Assembly: GCA_034115005.1 (NCBI GenBank)
Contig: JAXEUE010000091.1
Span: 1-53,915, forward strand
DNA from: Blautia sp.
GTDB taxonomy: Bacteria > Bacillota > Clostridia > Lachnospirales > Lachnospiraceae
DNA: 53,915 nucleotides
Direction of reading: 5' to 3'
This document shows, piece by piece, positions 18,236 to 28,640 of this stretch. Positions within the stretch are counted from its first letter, which is position 1, and the number at the start of each line of letters is the position of its first letter. Under the pieces are notes generated by a model that saw only the letters and a program-made list of their open reading frames with translations, was not told where the DNA came from and made no database searches. Position numbers and translations under genes: made by a program.

Positions 18236-20506
18236 CTATTTTCTTTTTCTTCTGTAAATGATCACACCTGCAATACATACAACAGCAATAATCAGAATAA
18301 TCACAAAAGGAGCAATATTGGTGGTATCACCTGTCTGCACAGCCTTTTTTGCATTTGCATTATTTGGCTGAGGTGTAGGTGTTGCCGTTATGTTATTTCC
18401 CTGGGCAATGGAGAACACTGCCTGTTTCGTATCCTGTTCACCGGTTTCATTCCATTGTTTTCCATCAAATTCCTGACGGTTGAAAACAACAGTAAGTGTA
18501 TATGTTCCCGCTTTGGTAATTCCAAAGGTTGCAGTATAAGGAGCTGCATCCCAGGTGTTTGTGTTAATCACTTTCCATTTATATGGAACATAACGCACGT
18601 CACCGGATCCAGGGCTTTCATTTTCCATTCCAGCTCCCACAGCTGTAAAAGTGATCTTTGACTGAGTCGTATATCCATCGGAGCTGATTCCGGTTATTTT
18701 ATTATTCTGAGGATCAGCAATCTTGGGTGTGCGTCCAGCATTTACAGTAATCTCCACAGATGTAAGAAGACTGATATTATCAGGATTGGTAACCCCATCC
18801 GGAAGTACAACAGTTCCCTTAACAGTAAACTTCTGCTCTTCCTTCACAGAAGGGTCATAGGCACTGTCCTTCACATCCCATTTTACACTGGCCTTCATAT
18901 CTCCCCCTGTTGTCTTAATGATTACAGCGGAAGGAAGACCAAGAGCCTTCTCTGATTTCTCCACTCCATTCTTTACCCCTACAATACTGCCAGGTGCCTG
19001 AATACCTGTAAGAATAATACTCTTCTGTTTTACTGTAAACTGAACATCAAGCATTACAGAAATCTGCTGTTCATTGGGAATCACAATTGTGTCAATATAT
19101 GTTCCCTCAGCCAGACCTGTCTTCGGGCGTACTGTAAATGTACCGCTTTCCCCAGGATTAAGCTCAAAAGCTGAAATTACGCCAATGTCAAAGCTTTCTG
19201 CCTGAGGCTGGCCAAGAGTGAGTGTTGTATTTCCCTCATTTGTCAGTGTAACTGTCTGAGCCTGTGGAGCCTCTGCATATCCTTCTTCCATCTCTCCGAA
19301 ATCAAGTTGTAAAGGATCTGCAGTCAGACTGTAAATTTCTTCTACCTTCTCAGCAGCAACGTCCACCTGTGCTGTTACCTGAACCATACTGTCAGAAGAC
19401 TCTTTTACTCTGAAACTAATCGTATCATTATAAGTGCCTTCGTCCAGTCCAAGTTTGGGCTGAACAGTAAATACGGCTGGTACTTCTGAACTCAGAGTAA
19501 ACTCGGAAGTACCATCTGTTCCGGTTATATCAAAATGATCTGCCTGAGGCTGTTCCAGAGTCACAGGATCCTCACCATTATATGTTATGGTAACTGTCTG
19601 TGATTCCTCAACCTTATCATATCCGGCTGTCAGTGTCTGGAACGAAAGAGTATCCGGTTCTGCTTTCAGCGAAATTCCCGGCGTAGCAGAAGCAGATTCA
19701 ATCTCAGATTCATCCAGCTGCAATTCAGACTGAGTATAAATCTGCATTGCATCGGAATCCTCATCTGTATTCTGATTCTCCTGAACTTCCTCATTTACAT
19801 CTTCAGGCTGCTCTTCCTGAACTTGAGCATTCACTTCCTCAGACTGTTCTTCCTGAGTCTGAGCATCTGTTTCCTCAGGTTGTTCTTCCTGAGTCTGAGC
19901 ATCTGTTTCCTCAGGTTGTTCTTCCTGAGTCTGAGCATCTGCTTCCTCAGGCTGTTCTTCCTGAGCCTGAGCATCTGCTTCCTCAGGCTGTTCTTCCTGA
20001 GTCTGAGCATCCACTTCCTCAGACTGTTCTTCCTGAGTCTGAGCATCTGCTTCCTCAGGCTGTTCTTCCTGAACCTGAGCGTCTGCTTCCTTAGCTTCTT
20101 CTTCCAGGGCAAGTGCCTGGGCGTCTTCCTCTGTCTGAGCAACTTCAAGTGTCTTAGCAGAGAGTGTCCCGGTTGCTCCTGAATTCTCCAGTGCTGTAAC
20201 TGTCAGAACAAGCCTGTATCCCAGGTCATCCTGTGTAACTGTATATGTTCTGTCTGTGCCAAGCTCTGTAAGTGTCTTCTCATCTGTCTGCCTTGCCCAT
20301 GAAAAACTTACAGAATCATCCGTAAGTCCTTCCGGCGTAACCTTGGAATAATCCGCACTCAACGTTGTTCCAACAGCAGCCAGGCCTTTTATCTTAAGTT
20401 TGCCGCTCAGCTCACCTGATGGTGTTTGTGCAAAAACCAAAGATGGAAGCAGGCTGATCATCATCATAACTGCCATTATAACTGCAAGAATTCTCTTTTT
20501 CTTCAT
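18236..20506 (-). CDS. Sortase-anchored cell-surface protein with acidic repeats and several Ig-like domains
   Basis: Signal peptide (MKKKRILAVIMAVMM...VFA); 12-aa acidic repeats; two homologous Ig-like modules (TVT.T..G...TL.QP....F.I...FTV.PK.GL..GTY.DTI); Big_4-like module (LP..V......V.WD...FTVKGTV); C-terminal VQTG, hydrophobic helix and RRKRK. Confidence 0.85.
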   Translation of the reverse strand: MKKKRILAVIMAVMMMISLLPSLVFAQTPSGELSGKLKIKGLAAVGTTLSADYSKVTPEGLTDDSVSFSWARQTDEKTLTELGTDRTYTVTQDDLGYRLVLTVTALENSGATGTLSAKTLEVAQTEEDAQALALEEEAKEADAQVQEEQPEEADAQTQEEQSEEVDAQTQEEQPEEADAQAQEEQPEEADAQTQEEQPEETDAQTQEEQPEETDAQTQEEQSEEVNAQVQEEQPEDVNEEVQENQNTDEDSDAMQIYTQSELQLDESEIESASATPGISLKAEPDTLSFQTLTAGYDKVEESQTVTITYNGEDPVTLEQPQADHFDITGTDGTSEFTLSSEVPAVFTVQPKLGLDEGTYNDTISFRVKESSDSMVQVTAQVDVAAEKVEEIYSLTADPLQLDFGEMEEGYAEAPQAQTVTLTNEGNTTLTLGQPQAESFDIGVISAFELNPGESGTFTVRPKTGLAEGTYIDTIVIPNEQQISVMLDVQFTVKQKSIILTGIQAPGSIVGVKNGVEKSEKALGLPSAVIIKTTGGDMKASVKWDVKDSAYDPSVKEEQKFTVKGTVVLPDGVTNPDNISLLTSVEITVNAGRTPKIADPQNNKITGISSDGYTTQSKITFTAVGAGMENESPGSGDVRYVPYKWKVINTNTWDAAPYTATFGITKAGTYTLTVVFNRQEFDGKQWNETGEQDTKQAVFSIAQGNNITATPTPQPNNANAKKAVQTGDTTNIAPFVIILIIAVVCIAGVIIYRRKRK
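19802..20089. repeat. 36-bp coding tandem repeat, 8 copies (E[AVT]DAQ[TVA]QEEQ[PS]E)
   Basis: Near-identical units such as CTCAGGCTGTTCTTCCTGAGTCTGAGCATCTGCTTC on the plus strand. Confidence 0.92.
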
Positions 20507-20584
20507 ATGGCGTCCTCCCTTTTCTTTCCTGATTTATTTTTACAGAAATTATATCATCTTAAAAATCAGAGATGTAATATACAT

Positions 20585-20842
20585 TTATCCTTCCACGATC
20601 AGATAACGTCCGTCAGGAAGAATAAAGACTTCACTGGCCTCTTTCAGCTCCTGGTCAGACATTCCATCCACATCTGCTCCCATTTCTTCCAGATAATCCC
20701 GTACATCCTCCAGGGAATCCACAACCTGAGCCATACAGTCTTCAAGAAATTCCTCTGCTTCTTCAAAAGATGAAGCTACAGGACGTGGAAAAAGCTGCAG
20801 TTGATTATCAAGAAAAGTCTGAATACATTCTTTTGTGTACAT
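20585..20842 (-). CDS. Small acidic conserved hypothetical protein
   Basis: 85 aa, GGAGG RBS, last gene of the maf-HAD-HAD run; FLEDCMA and LPDGRYLIVEG motifs. Confidence 0.7.
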   Translation of the reverse strand: MYTKECIQTFLDNQLQLFPRPVASSFEEAEEFLEDCMAQVVDSLEDVRDYLEEMGADVDGMSDQELKEASEVFILPDGRYLIVEG

Positions 20843-20853
20843 TAAATTACCTC

Positions 20854-21645
20854 CTAAATTTTTCCCTTTGCATCAATAAGTTTCCTTAAAACAGGTTCCA
20901 CACGGTCCGTCTGCCCTGATGCTGCCTGTTTAACCCTTTCTTTGGAATGGGCCATTGCAAAACTATATTTTACTGCCTGAAGCATTTCAATATCGTTATA
21001 TTCGTCTCCAAATGCCATGCACTCCTGTGGCAGAATATTATATTTTTTCTGAAAGGCCTGTATACCTCTTGCTTTGTTTGTCCCAAAAGGAATAAAATCT
21101 ATCCATTCATTTCCGGAAGTCACCACTTTACATTTCTTTCCAAATCTGTCATTCCAGTAATGCACGGATTCATCGGTAATTCCTGATGGCTCATATACGG
21201 CAAGCTTCATAATGGGTTCTGTCATATCATCAAGTGTATGAATAAATTTACAGTCATTTTTTACAACATCCACCATATAATGACGGAAAGCTTCCGACTT
21301 GGGCATCAGATAATGCCAGTCTCTGGCAGAACAGGTAAATTCAGCATTTTCTTTTGCCATTATGGTTGAAATGATCTCTTCTGCAAGTTTTCTGTCAAAA
21401 CTGTCCTGATACAGAACCTGTCCGTTTTCCACGGACAGGGCTCCGTTTTCACAGATATAGGCAACATCTGATTCAACAGGCTGAAACATTCTTTTCATAT
21501 TCGGATATTGTCTCCCACTGGCAGCTACAAACAGGATGCCCAGTTTTTTTAACTCGCGGATAAGGGGGAATATCTCCTCCGGCAGAAACTGAGCCCGGTT
21601 AAGTAAAAGTGTACCGTCAAGGTCACTGGCAATCATTTTAATCAT
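20854..21645 (-). CDS. Cof-type HAD-IIB hydrolase
   Basis: ASDLDGTLL, ASGR, ENGA, NKA.G, FGDEYNDIEML. Confidence 0.92.
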   Translation of the reverse strand: MIKMIASDLDGTLLLNRAQFLPEEIFPLIRELKKLGILFVAASGRQYPNMKRMFQPVESDVAYICENGALSVENGQVLYQDSFDRKLAEEIISTIMAKENAEFTCSARDWHYLMPKSEAFRHYMVDVVKNDCKFIHTLDDMTEPIMKLAVYEPSGITDESVHYWNDRFGKKCKVVTSGNEWIDFIPFGTNKARGIQAFQKKYNILPQECMAFGDEYNDIEMLQAVKYSFAMAHSKERVKQAASGQTDRVEPVLRKLIDAKGKI

Positions 21646-21650
21646 GTTAT

Positions 21651-22304
21651 TTATCCCTCACATAATTTCAGCAGATCAAGAGGAACATCTGCCAGGACGT
21701 CTGCTCCACTTTCATTAAGTTCCTTACTGTCCCGAAACCCCCACAAAGCTCCAACCGTAAACATTCCTGCTGCCTTGCCTGTCTTCATATCCGTGCCTGT
21801 GTCTCCCACATACATGCATTCTGCAGGCTGAACGCCAAATTCACATGCAATCATCAAAGGGCCGTCCGGTGCAGGTTTCCTGGGAATGTCTTCCCTCTGT
21901 CCCAGTATAATGTCAAAATCTCCTCCATAAAGCTGGTTGATTACTTTAATAGCCGCAGGATGGGGCTTGTTGGAACAGACTGCCAGTTTTATACCTCTTT
22001 TTTTCATTTCCTTAAGAGTTTCCGGCATTCCTTCATAACATGTTACTTTATACATGGGATCTTCTGCAAACATTTTTCTATAGAGCTTATCACATTCCTC
22101 AAATAAAGTCAGATTCGGATCTCCTGCATCACGCAGAGCTTTTTTTACAAGTACACTTGCTCCCTCCCCGCTGTAATATTTAAAATTCTCTGAAGGAAGC
22201 GTCTTAAGACCATACTGCTTTAAAATTTCATTGGTCACATACGCCATTGATTCCAATGTATCCGCCAATGTTCCATCCAAGTCAAAAATACACGCTTTTA
22301 TCAT
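21651..22304 (-). CDS. HAD-IA hydrolase (phosphoglycolate phosphatase-like)
   Basis: FDLDGTLADT, SNK, RKPAP, YVGDTGTD, WGFR. Confidence 0.9.
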   Translation of the reverse strand: MIKACIFDLDGTLADTLESMAYVTNEILKQYGLKTLPSENFKYYSGEGASVLVKKALRDAGDPNLTLFEECDKLYRKMFAEDPMYKVTCYEGMPETLKEMKKRGIKLAVCSNKPHPAAIKVINQLYGGDFDIILGQREDIPRKPAPDGPLMIACEFGVQPAECMYVGDTGTDMKTGKAAGMFTVGALWGFRDSKELNESGADVLADVPLDLLKLCEG

Positions 22305-22310
22305 CTTTTG

Positions 22311-22904
22311 TCATCCTCTCAATTTAATTCCCAGTTTTTTCATTTCATAAAACAGTCTGGAAACAGGCAGTCCTACCACATTATTGTAATCTCCCCGTAT
22401 CTCCTTGACATAAATTCCAAAAAGTCCCTGTATGGCATAGCTTCCTGCCTTGTCCACAGGCTCTTTTGTTTTTACATATTGCAGAATTTCCTCATGGGAC
22501 ACAGGATAAAAGGTCACATCTGTTACTTCATAAAAAGTGTGTTCCATCCAGATTTCATCTTTTCTTTCCATAACTGTCACACCTGTATAAACCTGGTGTG
22601 TATTCCCCTGCAGACTTTCCAGTGTATTTACAGCATCCTCTTCATCCCTGGGTTTGCCCAGAATCTTTCCGGCAAATGATACAACTGTATCAGCACCTAT
22701 CACCAATACACTATGCATAGAACTATCCAGGGATTGTGCAACTGATCTGGCTTTATCTGAAGATAACTGCTGCACCGCCTCTTCAGGACAGGAAGTACTG
22801 ATTTTTTCCTCTCCTGAAGCAGGAATCACTGTAAAATTCACACCGGCTTTTTCAAGAATTTCACGCCGTCTGGGGGAAGCTGATGCAAGAATAATTTTAT
22901 TCAT
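22311..22904 (-). CDS. maf: Maf-family nucleoside triphosphate pyrophosphatase
   Basis: ILASASPRRRE, GADTVV, GKP, DKAGSYAIQG, NVVGLP. Confidence 0.93.
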   Translation of the reverse strand: MNKIILASASPRRREILEKAGVNFTVIPASGEEKISTSCPEEAVQQLSSDKARSVAQSLDSSMHSVLVIGADTVVSFAGKILGKPRDEEDAVNTLESLQGNTHQVYTGVTVMERKDEIWMEHTFYEVTDVTFYPVSHEEILQYVKTKEPVDKAGSYAIQGLFGIYVKEIRGDYNNVVGLPVSRLFYEMKKLGIKLRG

Positions 22905-23073
22905 AAAACCTCCCTTTCTGTCCTGACATAGTATAACCTGTATTTTTCAGAGGTGCAACCGATTTTATTTAAATTTCACTTTTCTTTTTGAATAAAAAGT
23001 ATTAAAATAGCAGTATCCTATATCAGGAAAATTTACGAAAATGGGAAAATAACAGAGAGGAGTCAGAAGTATT

Positions 23074-23421
23074 ATGTCTAGTAAGAAAAAATTCTGGGGC
23101 TTTGCTGCTGTAGGCGTATTGACAGCTGCAGCAATAGGTGCCATGGCCGCTTTATTAACAAAGAAGAAACCAGCTGAGGAATCCGGTAAACCGGAAAGTG
23201 ATGAAAATTCAGAAGAAGATACAGAGATTCCAGTAGAAACAGAGGAAGATCAGGAACCGGAAGCTTCTGAGGACTTTGAATCATGGGATAATTCCCCGGC
23301 AGGAGAAGAAGAAACAGAAAAGAAAGAGGACGGAACTCCTGAAGAAACTCCTGAGGAATCTGAAACACCCGAAGAGATGAGTGACACAGAAGAAATTCCT
23401 GTTGAAGAGGACAAAGAATAA
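23074..23421 (+). CDS. Membrane-anchored highly acidic hypothetical protein
   Basis: GAGGAG RBS; N-terminal hydrophobic helix followed by a low-complexity Glu-rich region. Confidence 0.7.
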   Translation: MSSKKKFWGFAAVGVLTAAAIGAMAALLTKKKPAEESGKPESDENSEEDTEIPVETEEDQEPEASEDFESWDNSPAGEEETEKKEDGTPEETPEESETPEEMSDTEEIPVEEDKE

Positions 23422-23425
23422 CATT

Positions 23426-23469
23426 AATAATACGCCTGCTGAAAACTTGATTCAGTCAGGCGTATTATT
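23426..23469. terminator. Bidirectional terminator between convergent genes
   Basis: AATAATACGCCTG...CAGGCGTATTATT 13-bp inverted repeat. Confidence 0.75.
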
Positions 23470-23479
23470 TTATTTCTCA

Positions 23480-25147
23480 TTATGCTTTTGGAAGTTTGAA
23501 AGAACTCTTCAGTGACACGATCCGGTTAAAGACTGGTGCGCCCTCTTTTGAATCACGGAAATCTGCACAGAAATATCCGTTTCTCACAAACTGAAAGCTG
23601 TCATATCCTTTTGCTTCCATAAGAGCAGGCTCTACATAAGCAGTAACCTTTGTCAGTGAATTGGGATTAATATTTAAGGAACCATCGTCTTTATTATAAA
23701 CACCTTTTTCTTCATCCACAATATTCTCATAAAGACGAACCAGCGCCGTCCCTGCATGGCCTGCCTCTACCCAGTGAATGGTTCCTTTAACCTTTCTTCC
23801 ATCAGGAGCATTGCCGCCTCTGGTCTCAGGATCGTATGTGCAGTGTACCACACGGACAGTACCATCTTCATCAGCCTCGTAGCCTGTACAGGTAACAAAA
23901 TAGGCATTCATAAGACGGACTTCCGTTCCGGGAAACAGCCTCTTATATTTCTTTGGCGGATCTGCCATAAAGTCTTCTCTTTCAATATAAAGCTCACGTC
24001 CAAAAGGTATCTGACGAGTTCCAAGCTCTTCATTCTCCATATTGTTGGGAGCTTCCAGATATTCTGTCTCTCCCTGCGGATAGTTATCGATCACAAGTTT
24101 AAGAGGATCGAGAATAGCCATCATACGAGGGCGTTTCAACTTCAGATCTTCACGGATACAATATTCAAGCATTGCATAGTCCACCGAACTGTTAGCCTTG
24201 GATACACCGCAGAGTTCCACAAACATCTTGATGGATTCCGGTGTATATCCCCTGCGGCGGAGAGCAGCAATAGAAACAAGGCGAGGATCATCCCAGCCAT
24301 CAACAATACCATCCTCCACAAGTTTCTTAATATAACGCTTACCTGTCACCACATTGGTAAGGTAAAGTTTGGCGAACTCAATCTGTTTGGGAGGGTGAGG
24401 ATATTCCAGCTCTCTGACTACCCAGTCATAAAGCGGTCTGTGATCTTCAAATTCCAGAGTACAGATAGAATGGGTAATTCCCTCTATGGCATCTTCGATA
24501 GGGTGGGCAAAATCATACATAGGATAAATGCACCATTTATCCCCTGTTCTGTGATGCGTCATATGGGCAACACGGTAAATAACCGGGTCACGCATATTCA
24601 TATTTGGTGAAGCCATATCTATCTTAGCACGGAGAACCTTCTCTCCATCCGCATATTTACCCTCTTTCATTTCCTCAAAAAGTCGGAGATTTTCCTCCAC
24701 ACTTCTGTTCCTGTAAGGACTCTCCTTACCGGGTTCTGTCAGAGTTCCACGGTATTCCCGAATCTGGTCTGCTGTCAGATCACAGACATAAGCCTTTCCT
24801 TTTTTAATCAGTTTCACAGCAGCTTCATACATCTGGTCAAAATAATCTGATGCAAAGAAAAGTCTGTCTTCCCAGTCAGCTCCCAGCCATTTTATATCTT
24901 CTTTAATAGATTCTACAAATTCACTTTTTTCCTTAGTAGGGTTGGTATCATCAAAGCGCATGTTGAATTTTCCATTATATTCCTTTGCAAGACCATAATT
25001 CAAAAGAATGGATTTCGCATGACCAATATGAAGATATCCATTAGGTTCCGGCGGGAATCTGGTGTGTACAGTATCATATACACCCTCTGCCAAATCTTTA
25101 TCAATAATATTTTCAATAAAATTTCTGGAAACTGTCTCGTTCTCCAT
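23480..25147 (-). CDS. glnS: Glutamine--tRNA ligase
   Basis: [62 protein letters not shown]. Confidence 0.95.
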   Translation of the reverse strand: MENETVSRNFIENIIDKDLAEGVYDTVHTRFPPEPNGYLHIGHAKSILLNYGLAKEYNGKFNMRFDDTNPTKEKSEFVESIKEDIKWLGADWEDRLFFASDYFDQMYEAAVKLIKKGKAYVCDLTADQIREYRGTLTEPGKESPYRNRSVEENLRLFEEMKEGKYADGEKVLRAKIDMASPNMNMRDPVIYRVAHMTHHRTGDKWCIYPMYDFAHPIEDAIEGITHSICTLEFEDHRPLYDWVVRELEYPHPPKQIEFAKLYLTNVVTGKRYIKKLVEDGIVDGWDDPRLVSIAALRRRGYTPESIKMFVELCGVSKANSSVDYAMLEYCIREDLKLKRPRMMAILDPLKLVIDNYPQGETEYLEAPNNMENEELGTRQIPFGRELYIEREDFMADPPKKYKRLFPGTEVRLMNAYFVTCTGYEADEDGTVRVVHCTYDPETRGGNAPDGRKVKGTIHWVEAGHAGTALVRLYENIVDEEKGVYNKDDGSLNINPNSLTKVTAYVEPALMEAKGYDSFQFVRNGYFCADFRDSKEGAPVFNRIVSLKSSFKLPKA

Positions 25148-25226
25148 TTACTGCCCTCCTTCTGCTCTGTTACAGAAAAATCACCTTTATTTACTGATAA
25201 AGCCTGATTTTTACAACACATAGCCA

Positions 25227-25255
25227 ATTTTACACCCATACAGCGTGAAATGCAA
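25227..25255 (-). promoter_or_regulatory. Sigma-A promoter of glnS
   Basis: Minus strand TTGCAT, 17 bp, TAAAAT. Confidence 0.55.
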
Positions 25256-25295
25256 CACGAAACTGGCCGAAAAAAACAGTTGGAACAAAAGCAAC

Positions 25296-25322
25296 AAAAA
25301 AACCCCTGATTCTTCAGGGGTT
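25296..25322 (-). terminator. Terminator of tRNA-Thr
   Basis: AACCCCTGA-4nt-TCAGGGGTT stem with a T-run on the minus strand. Confidence 0.75.
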
Positions 25323-25327
25323 AAAAA

Positions 25328-25399
25328 AGCTGATGACGAGAATTGAACTCGTGACCCCTTCCTTACCAAGGAAGTGCTCTACCTCTGAGCCACATCAGC
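25328..25399 (-). tRNA. tRNA-Thr(GGT), CCA not encoded
   Basis: Minus strand GCTGATGTGGCTCAGAGGTAGAGCACTTCCTTGGTAAGGAAGGGGTCACGAGTTCAATTCTCGTCATCAGCT folds into a cloverleaf with anticodon GGT. Confidence 0.96.
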
Positions 25400-25431
25400 A
25401 CTTGTGTCGGATCTACCGCTCACAATAGGAT

Positions 25432-25460
25432 ATTTTAACAGAACTAAGTCTGATTGTCAA
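25432..25460 (-). promoter_or_regulatory. Sigma-A promoter of tRNA-Thr
   Basis: Minus strand TTGACA, 17 bp, TAAAAT. Confidence 0.75.
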
Positions 25461-25463
25461 TCC

Positions 25464-26090
25464 TTAATTCATATTTTTATTTTTTTCATACTTCATCATC
25501 TTTTCTCTTATTTTTCCTCGGATCCGACTCAGAGCATTATCCACTGATTTAGGAGATTTTTTCAGAATACGTGCAATTTCCGTATAGGCGCTGCCATTCA
25601 GGTATAGCTTTAAGACCTGATTCTCCATAGGACTTAATGCTGAAGAAATCTCTTTCTCCAGATTGCGGACATTTTCCCGGTCGATGATGATGGACTCCGG
25701 ATTCTCCACCCACATATCTTTCAGTGGATCTTCATTTCCTTCTTTCTCACCACTGAGAGAAATATAGGAATTTAAAGGCTGATGTTTCTGTCTGTTGGAG
25801 TTCTTTATGGCATTATACATCTGACGTTCCACACATACCCGGGCAAAAGTCTGAAAGGCTGCATCTCTGCCAGGCCGGAAATCACGTACGGCTTTAAAAA
25901 GCCCGATCATTCCCTCCTGGATAAGATCATCATTTTCTCCACCGATCAGATACATGGTTCTGGCCTTATTTTTTACCAGTCCTTTATATTTTTCCATCAG
26001 ATAATCCACAACTTCTGAATCTCCGCTTTTGGCTCTGGCGATCAGTTCTTCATCACTTAATCCTTCATATTGTCTCATACTGTCTCTCAT
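25464..26090 (-). CDS. sigH: RNA polymerase sigma-H factor
   Basis: DLIQEGMIGLFKAVRDF, NRQKHQPLNSY.SL, KSVDNAL.R; conserved position after rlmB. Confidence 0.88.
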   Translation of the reverse strand: MRDSMRQYEGLSDEELIARAKSGDSEVVDYLMEKYKGLVKNKARTMYLIGGENDDLIQEGMIGLFKAVRDFRPGRDAAFQTFARVCVERQMYNAIKNSNRQKHQPLNSYISLSGEKEGNEDPLKDMWVENPESIIIDRENVRNLEKEISSALSPMENQVLKLYLNGSAYTEIARILKKSPKSVDNALSRIRGKIREKMMKYEKNKNMN

Positions 26091-26824
26091 TTCGCCTTTA
26101 ATCTCTGACGGACCACCTCATATCCCAGAATACCTGCGGCAACGGAGGCATTCAGGGAATCAATATTTCCCCTCATAGGTATGGATGCCGTAAAGTCGCA
26201 TTTTTCCCGGACCAGACGGCTTACACCTTCTCCCTCATTGCCAATAACAACTCCTATAGGACCTGTAAGGTTCAGATCATACATGGTTTCTCCATCCATA
26301 TCCGCACATACAAACCAGATTCCTTTTTCTTTCAGTTCTTCAATCGTTTTGGCAAGATTGGTCACTTTTGCCACAGGGGTATAATTTAAAGCACCTGCAG
26401 AGGTCTTTGCCACTACAGAAGTAAGTCCCGCCGCCCTTCTCCTGGGTATGATCACACCGTGTGCCCCGGCAAGATTGGCAGTTCTTATGATAGCTCCCAG
26501 ATTATGGGGATCCTCTATATCATCAAGCAGGAAAATAAATGGATCTTCTCCTTTTTCCCGTGCCCTGTCCAGAATATCCTCCACTGTGGAATATTCATAC
26601 GCAGCCACCTGAGCAATAACACCCTGATGGGATCCTGTTTCGCTTAACTGATCCAGTCTCTCTTTCGTAACATAATTTATAATAGTATCTCTTTTTCTTG
26701 CTTCTCTGGCAATGGTCCGGACTGGTCCATCCTGACAGCCATCCAGAAGAAAAAGTTTATCTACACTTTTTCCGGAACGAAATGCTTCAAGAACAGCATT
26801 TCGTCCCTCGATCTGTTCACTCAT
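26087..26824 (-). CDS. rlmB: 23S rRNA (G2251 2'-O)-methyltransferase
   Basis: GRNAV.E, HQGV, DPHNLGAIIRTA, GNEGEG, SLNASVA (SPOUT). Confidence 0.93.
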   Translation of the reverse strand: MSEQIEGRNAVLEAFRSGKSVDKLFLLDGCQDGPVRTIAREARKRDTIINYVTKERLDQLSETGSHQGVIAQVAAYEYSTVEDILDRAREKGEDPFIFLLDDIEDPHNLGAIIRTANLAGAHGVIIPRRRAAGLTSVVAKTSAGALNYTPVAKVTNLAKTIEELKEKGIWFVCADMDGETMYDLNLTGPIGVVIGNEGEGVSRLVREKCDFTASIPMRGNIDSLNASVAAGILGYEVVRQRLKAK

Positions 26825-27246
26825 AGCTGATCCTCTCCGATTCCGGCACGGACAAGTTCAATGATCCTGTCGAAATCTTCTTTTAAATACAAATACCCCA
26901 TCAGTGCCTCAAAGCCTGTTGCCCTCCGGTAATCAGCCATTGTGGCATGCTTTGCCATTGTGGGTGAATGGGCATTTCTTCCTCTTTTATATACACTGTG
27001 CTCTTCTTCTGTAAGAAGCGGTTCTATAATCTCCATCATAGAAGACTGGGCAGAAGCTTTAACAAGGCTGCTGGCCTTTTTGTGAAGCTGGTTCACCGAA
27101 CAGTTTCCCTTTTTTACAAGTATGGTACGGATGACCAGTTCATATACGCCATCTCCGATGTATGCCAGAGTTAAAGGAGAATAACTGCGCATATCTTTAT
27201 CTTCCAGATGAAATTGCTCTTTTAAATATGTTATGCCCTTTTCCAT
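26821..27246 (-). CDS. mrnC: Mini-ribonuclease III
   Basis: LAYIGDGVYEL, KRGRNA, YRRATGFEALMGYLY; between cysS and rlmB. Confidence 0.93.
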   Translation of the reverse strand: MEKGITYLKEQFHLEDKDMRSYSPLTLAYIGDGVYELVIRTILVKKGNCSVNQLHKKASSLVKASAQSSMMEIIEPLLTEEEHSVYKRGRNAHSPTMAKHATMADYRRATGFEALMGYLYLKEDFDRIIELVRAGIGEDQL

Positions 27247-28640
27247 TTTACACCTTCACGGGTATCCTTAAGAATAATTCCCTTTGCAAGAAGTTCATCC
27301 CTGATCTCATCCGCACGTACGAAATTCTTTGCCTTTCTTGCTTCCTGGCGTTCTTTTATCAGTTCTTCAATATCCTTATCAAGAATCTCATCCTGTTTTT
27401 CTGCTTTCAGTCCCAGAACATCGCATAATTTAACCAGAGTATCAAGAAGTGCTGATGCAAATTCTTCTGAACTTTCCTGTGTTACACTGGAATTGGCAAA
27501 TTTAACCAGTTCAAAAATTGCAGCCAAAGCATCGGCAGTATTAAAGTCATCATCCATAGCTTCTTCAAATTTACGGACAAATTCCTGTGATTTCCCAATC
27601 AGTTCCTTTTCCTGTACAGTAGCCTCTTTCAGTTGTGCACTGTTTTTCCTGTCCTTAAGATTTGCCGCTGCATCTGTAATACGTTCCAGTGCATTCTTAG
27701 AAGCTTCCATCAGATCAGCACTGAAATTCAACGGACTCCTGTAATGTGCATTCAGCATAAAGAAACGCAGTACCTGCAGATCATACTGTTTGCTGATTTC
27801 ACGGACAGTACGGAAATTTCCAAGGGATTTGGACATTTTTCTGTTATCAATATTTAAAAACGCATTGTGCATCCAGTATCTGGCAAAGGGTTTCCCATTG
27901 CAGCATTCGCTCTGCGCAATTTCGTTTTCATGATGGGGGAAAATAAGATCCTCTCCTCCCGCATGGATATCTATTTCCTCTCCCAGATATTTCTTTGCCA
28001 TTACAGAACATTCAATATGCCACCCGGGACGGCCGTCGCACCATGGAGATGGCCAGAAGGGCTCTCCTTCTTTCTTAGGCTTCCAGAGTACGAAATCCAG
28101 AGGATCTTCCTTCTGTTCCTCTCCAGATACCTGCAGGGAACGGAATCCTGACTGAAGGTCATCCAGATTCTTATGGGACAGCTTCCCATATCCTTTATCT
28201 TTTTTCACTCTGAAATATACAGTGCCATCTTCTGCCACATAAGCATAGTCTTTATCAATCAGCGTCTGTATCATTTTTATCATTCCATCTATTTCCTGTG
28301 TTGCCTGAGGATGTGTGGTGGCTGGCTTTACGTTCATGCCTTCCATGTCTTTTTTGCATTCGGCAATATAACGTCTGGAAATTTCATCCGCACTGACACC
28401 CTCTTCTATGGCCTTCTTTATAATCTTATCATCCACGTCTGTAAAGTTGGACACATAATTAACCTCGTATCCCTTATATTCCATATAACGGCGGACAGTA
28501 TCAAAAATAATCATAGGGCGGGCATTCCCGATATGAATCAGGTTGTAAACAGTAGGACCGCAGACATACATACGGACTTTTCCCTCTTCCAGAGGTACAA
28601 ATTCTTCTTTTTTGCGGGTTAAGGTGTTAAAAATCTTCAT
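27231..28640 (-). CDS. cysS: Cysteine--tRNA ligase
   Basis: [34 protein letters not shown]; start moved to MKIFNT at 28640. Confidence 0.97.
   Translation of the reverse strand: MKIFNTLTRKKEEFVPLEEGKVRMYVCGPTVYNLIHIGNARPMIIFDTVRRYMEYKGYEVNYVSNFTDVDDKIIKKAIEEGVSADEISRRYIAECKKDMEGMNVKPATTHPQATQEIDGMIKMIQTLIDKDYAYVAEDGTVYFRVKKDKGYGKLSHKNLDDLQSGFRSLQVSGEEQKEDPLDFVLWKPKKEGEPFWPSPWCDGRPGWHIECSVMAKKYLGEEIDIHAGGEDLIFPHHENEIAQSECCNGKPFARYWMHNAFLNIDNRKMSKSLGNFRTVREISKQYDLQVLRFFMLNAHYRSPLNFSADLMEASKNALERITDAAANLKDRKNSAQLKEATVQEKELIGKSQEFVRKFEEAMDDDFNTADALAAIFELVKFANSSVTQESSEEFASALLDTLVKLCDVLGLKAEKQDEILDKDIEELIKERQEARKAKNFVRADEIRDELLAKGIILKDTREGVKWKRA

Noticed and set aside
19802-20089. 36-bp repeats as a possible CRISPR array
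   Set aside because: The units are head-to-tail with no unique spacers, in frame within a CDS, and no cas genes are present.
19747-20182. Repetitive ORFs in other frames (for example MLRLRKNSLRKQ and SICFLRLFFLSL repeats)
   Set aside because: They are alternative-frame and antisense readings of the coding tandem repeat.
25328-25399. tRNA-Thr as an integration site for an island
   Set aside because: Flanked by its own promoter, its terminator and housekeeping genes; I saw no integrase and no duplicated tRNA 3' end.
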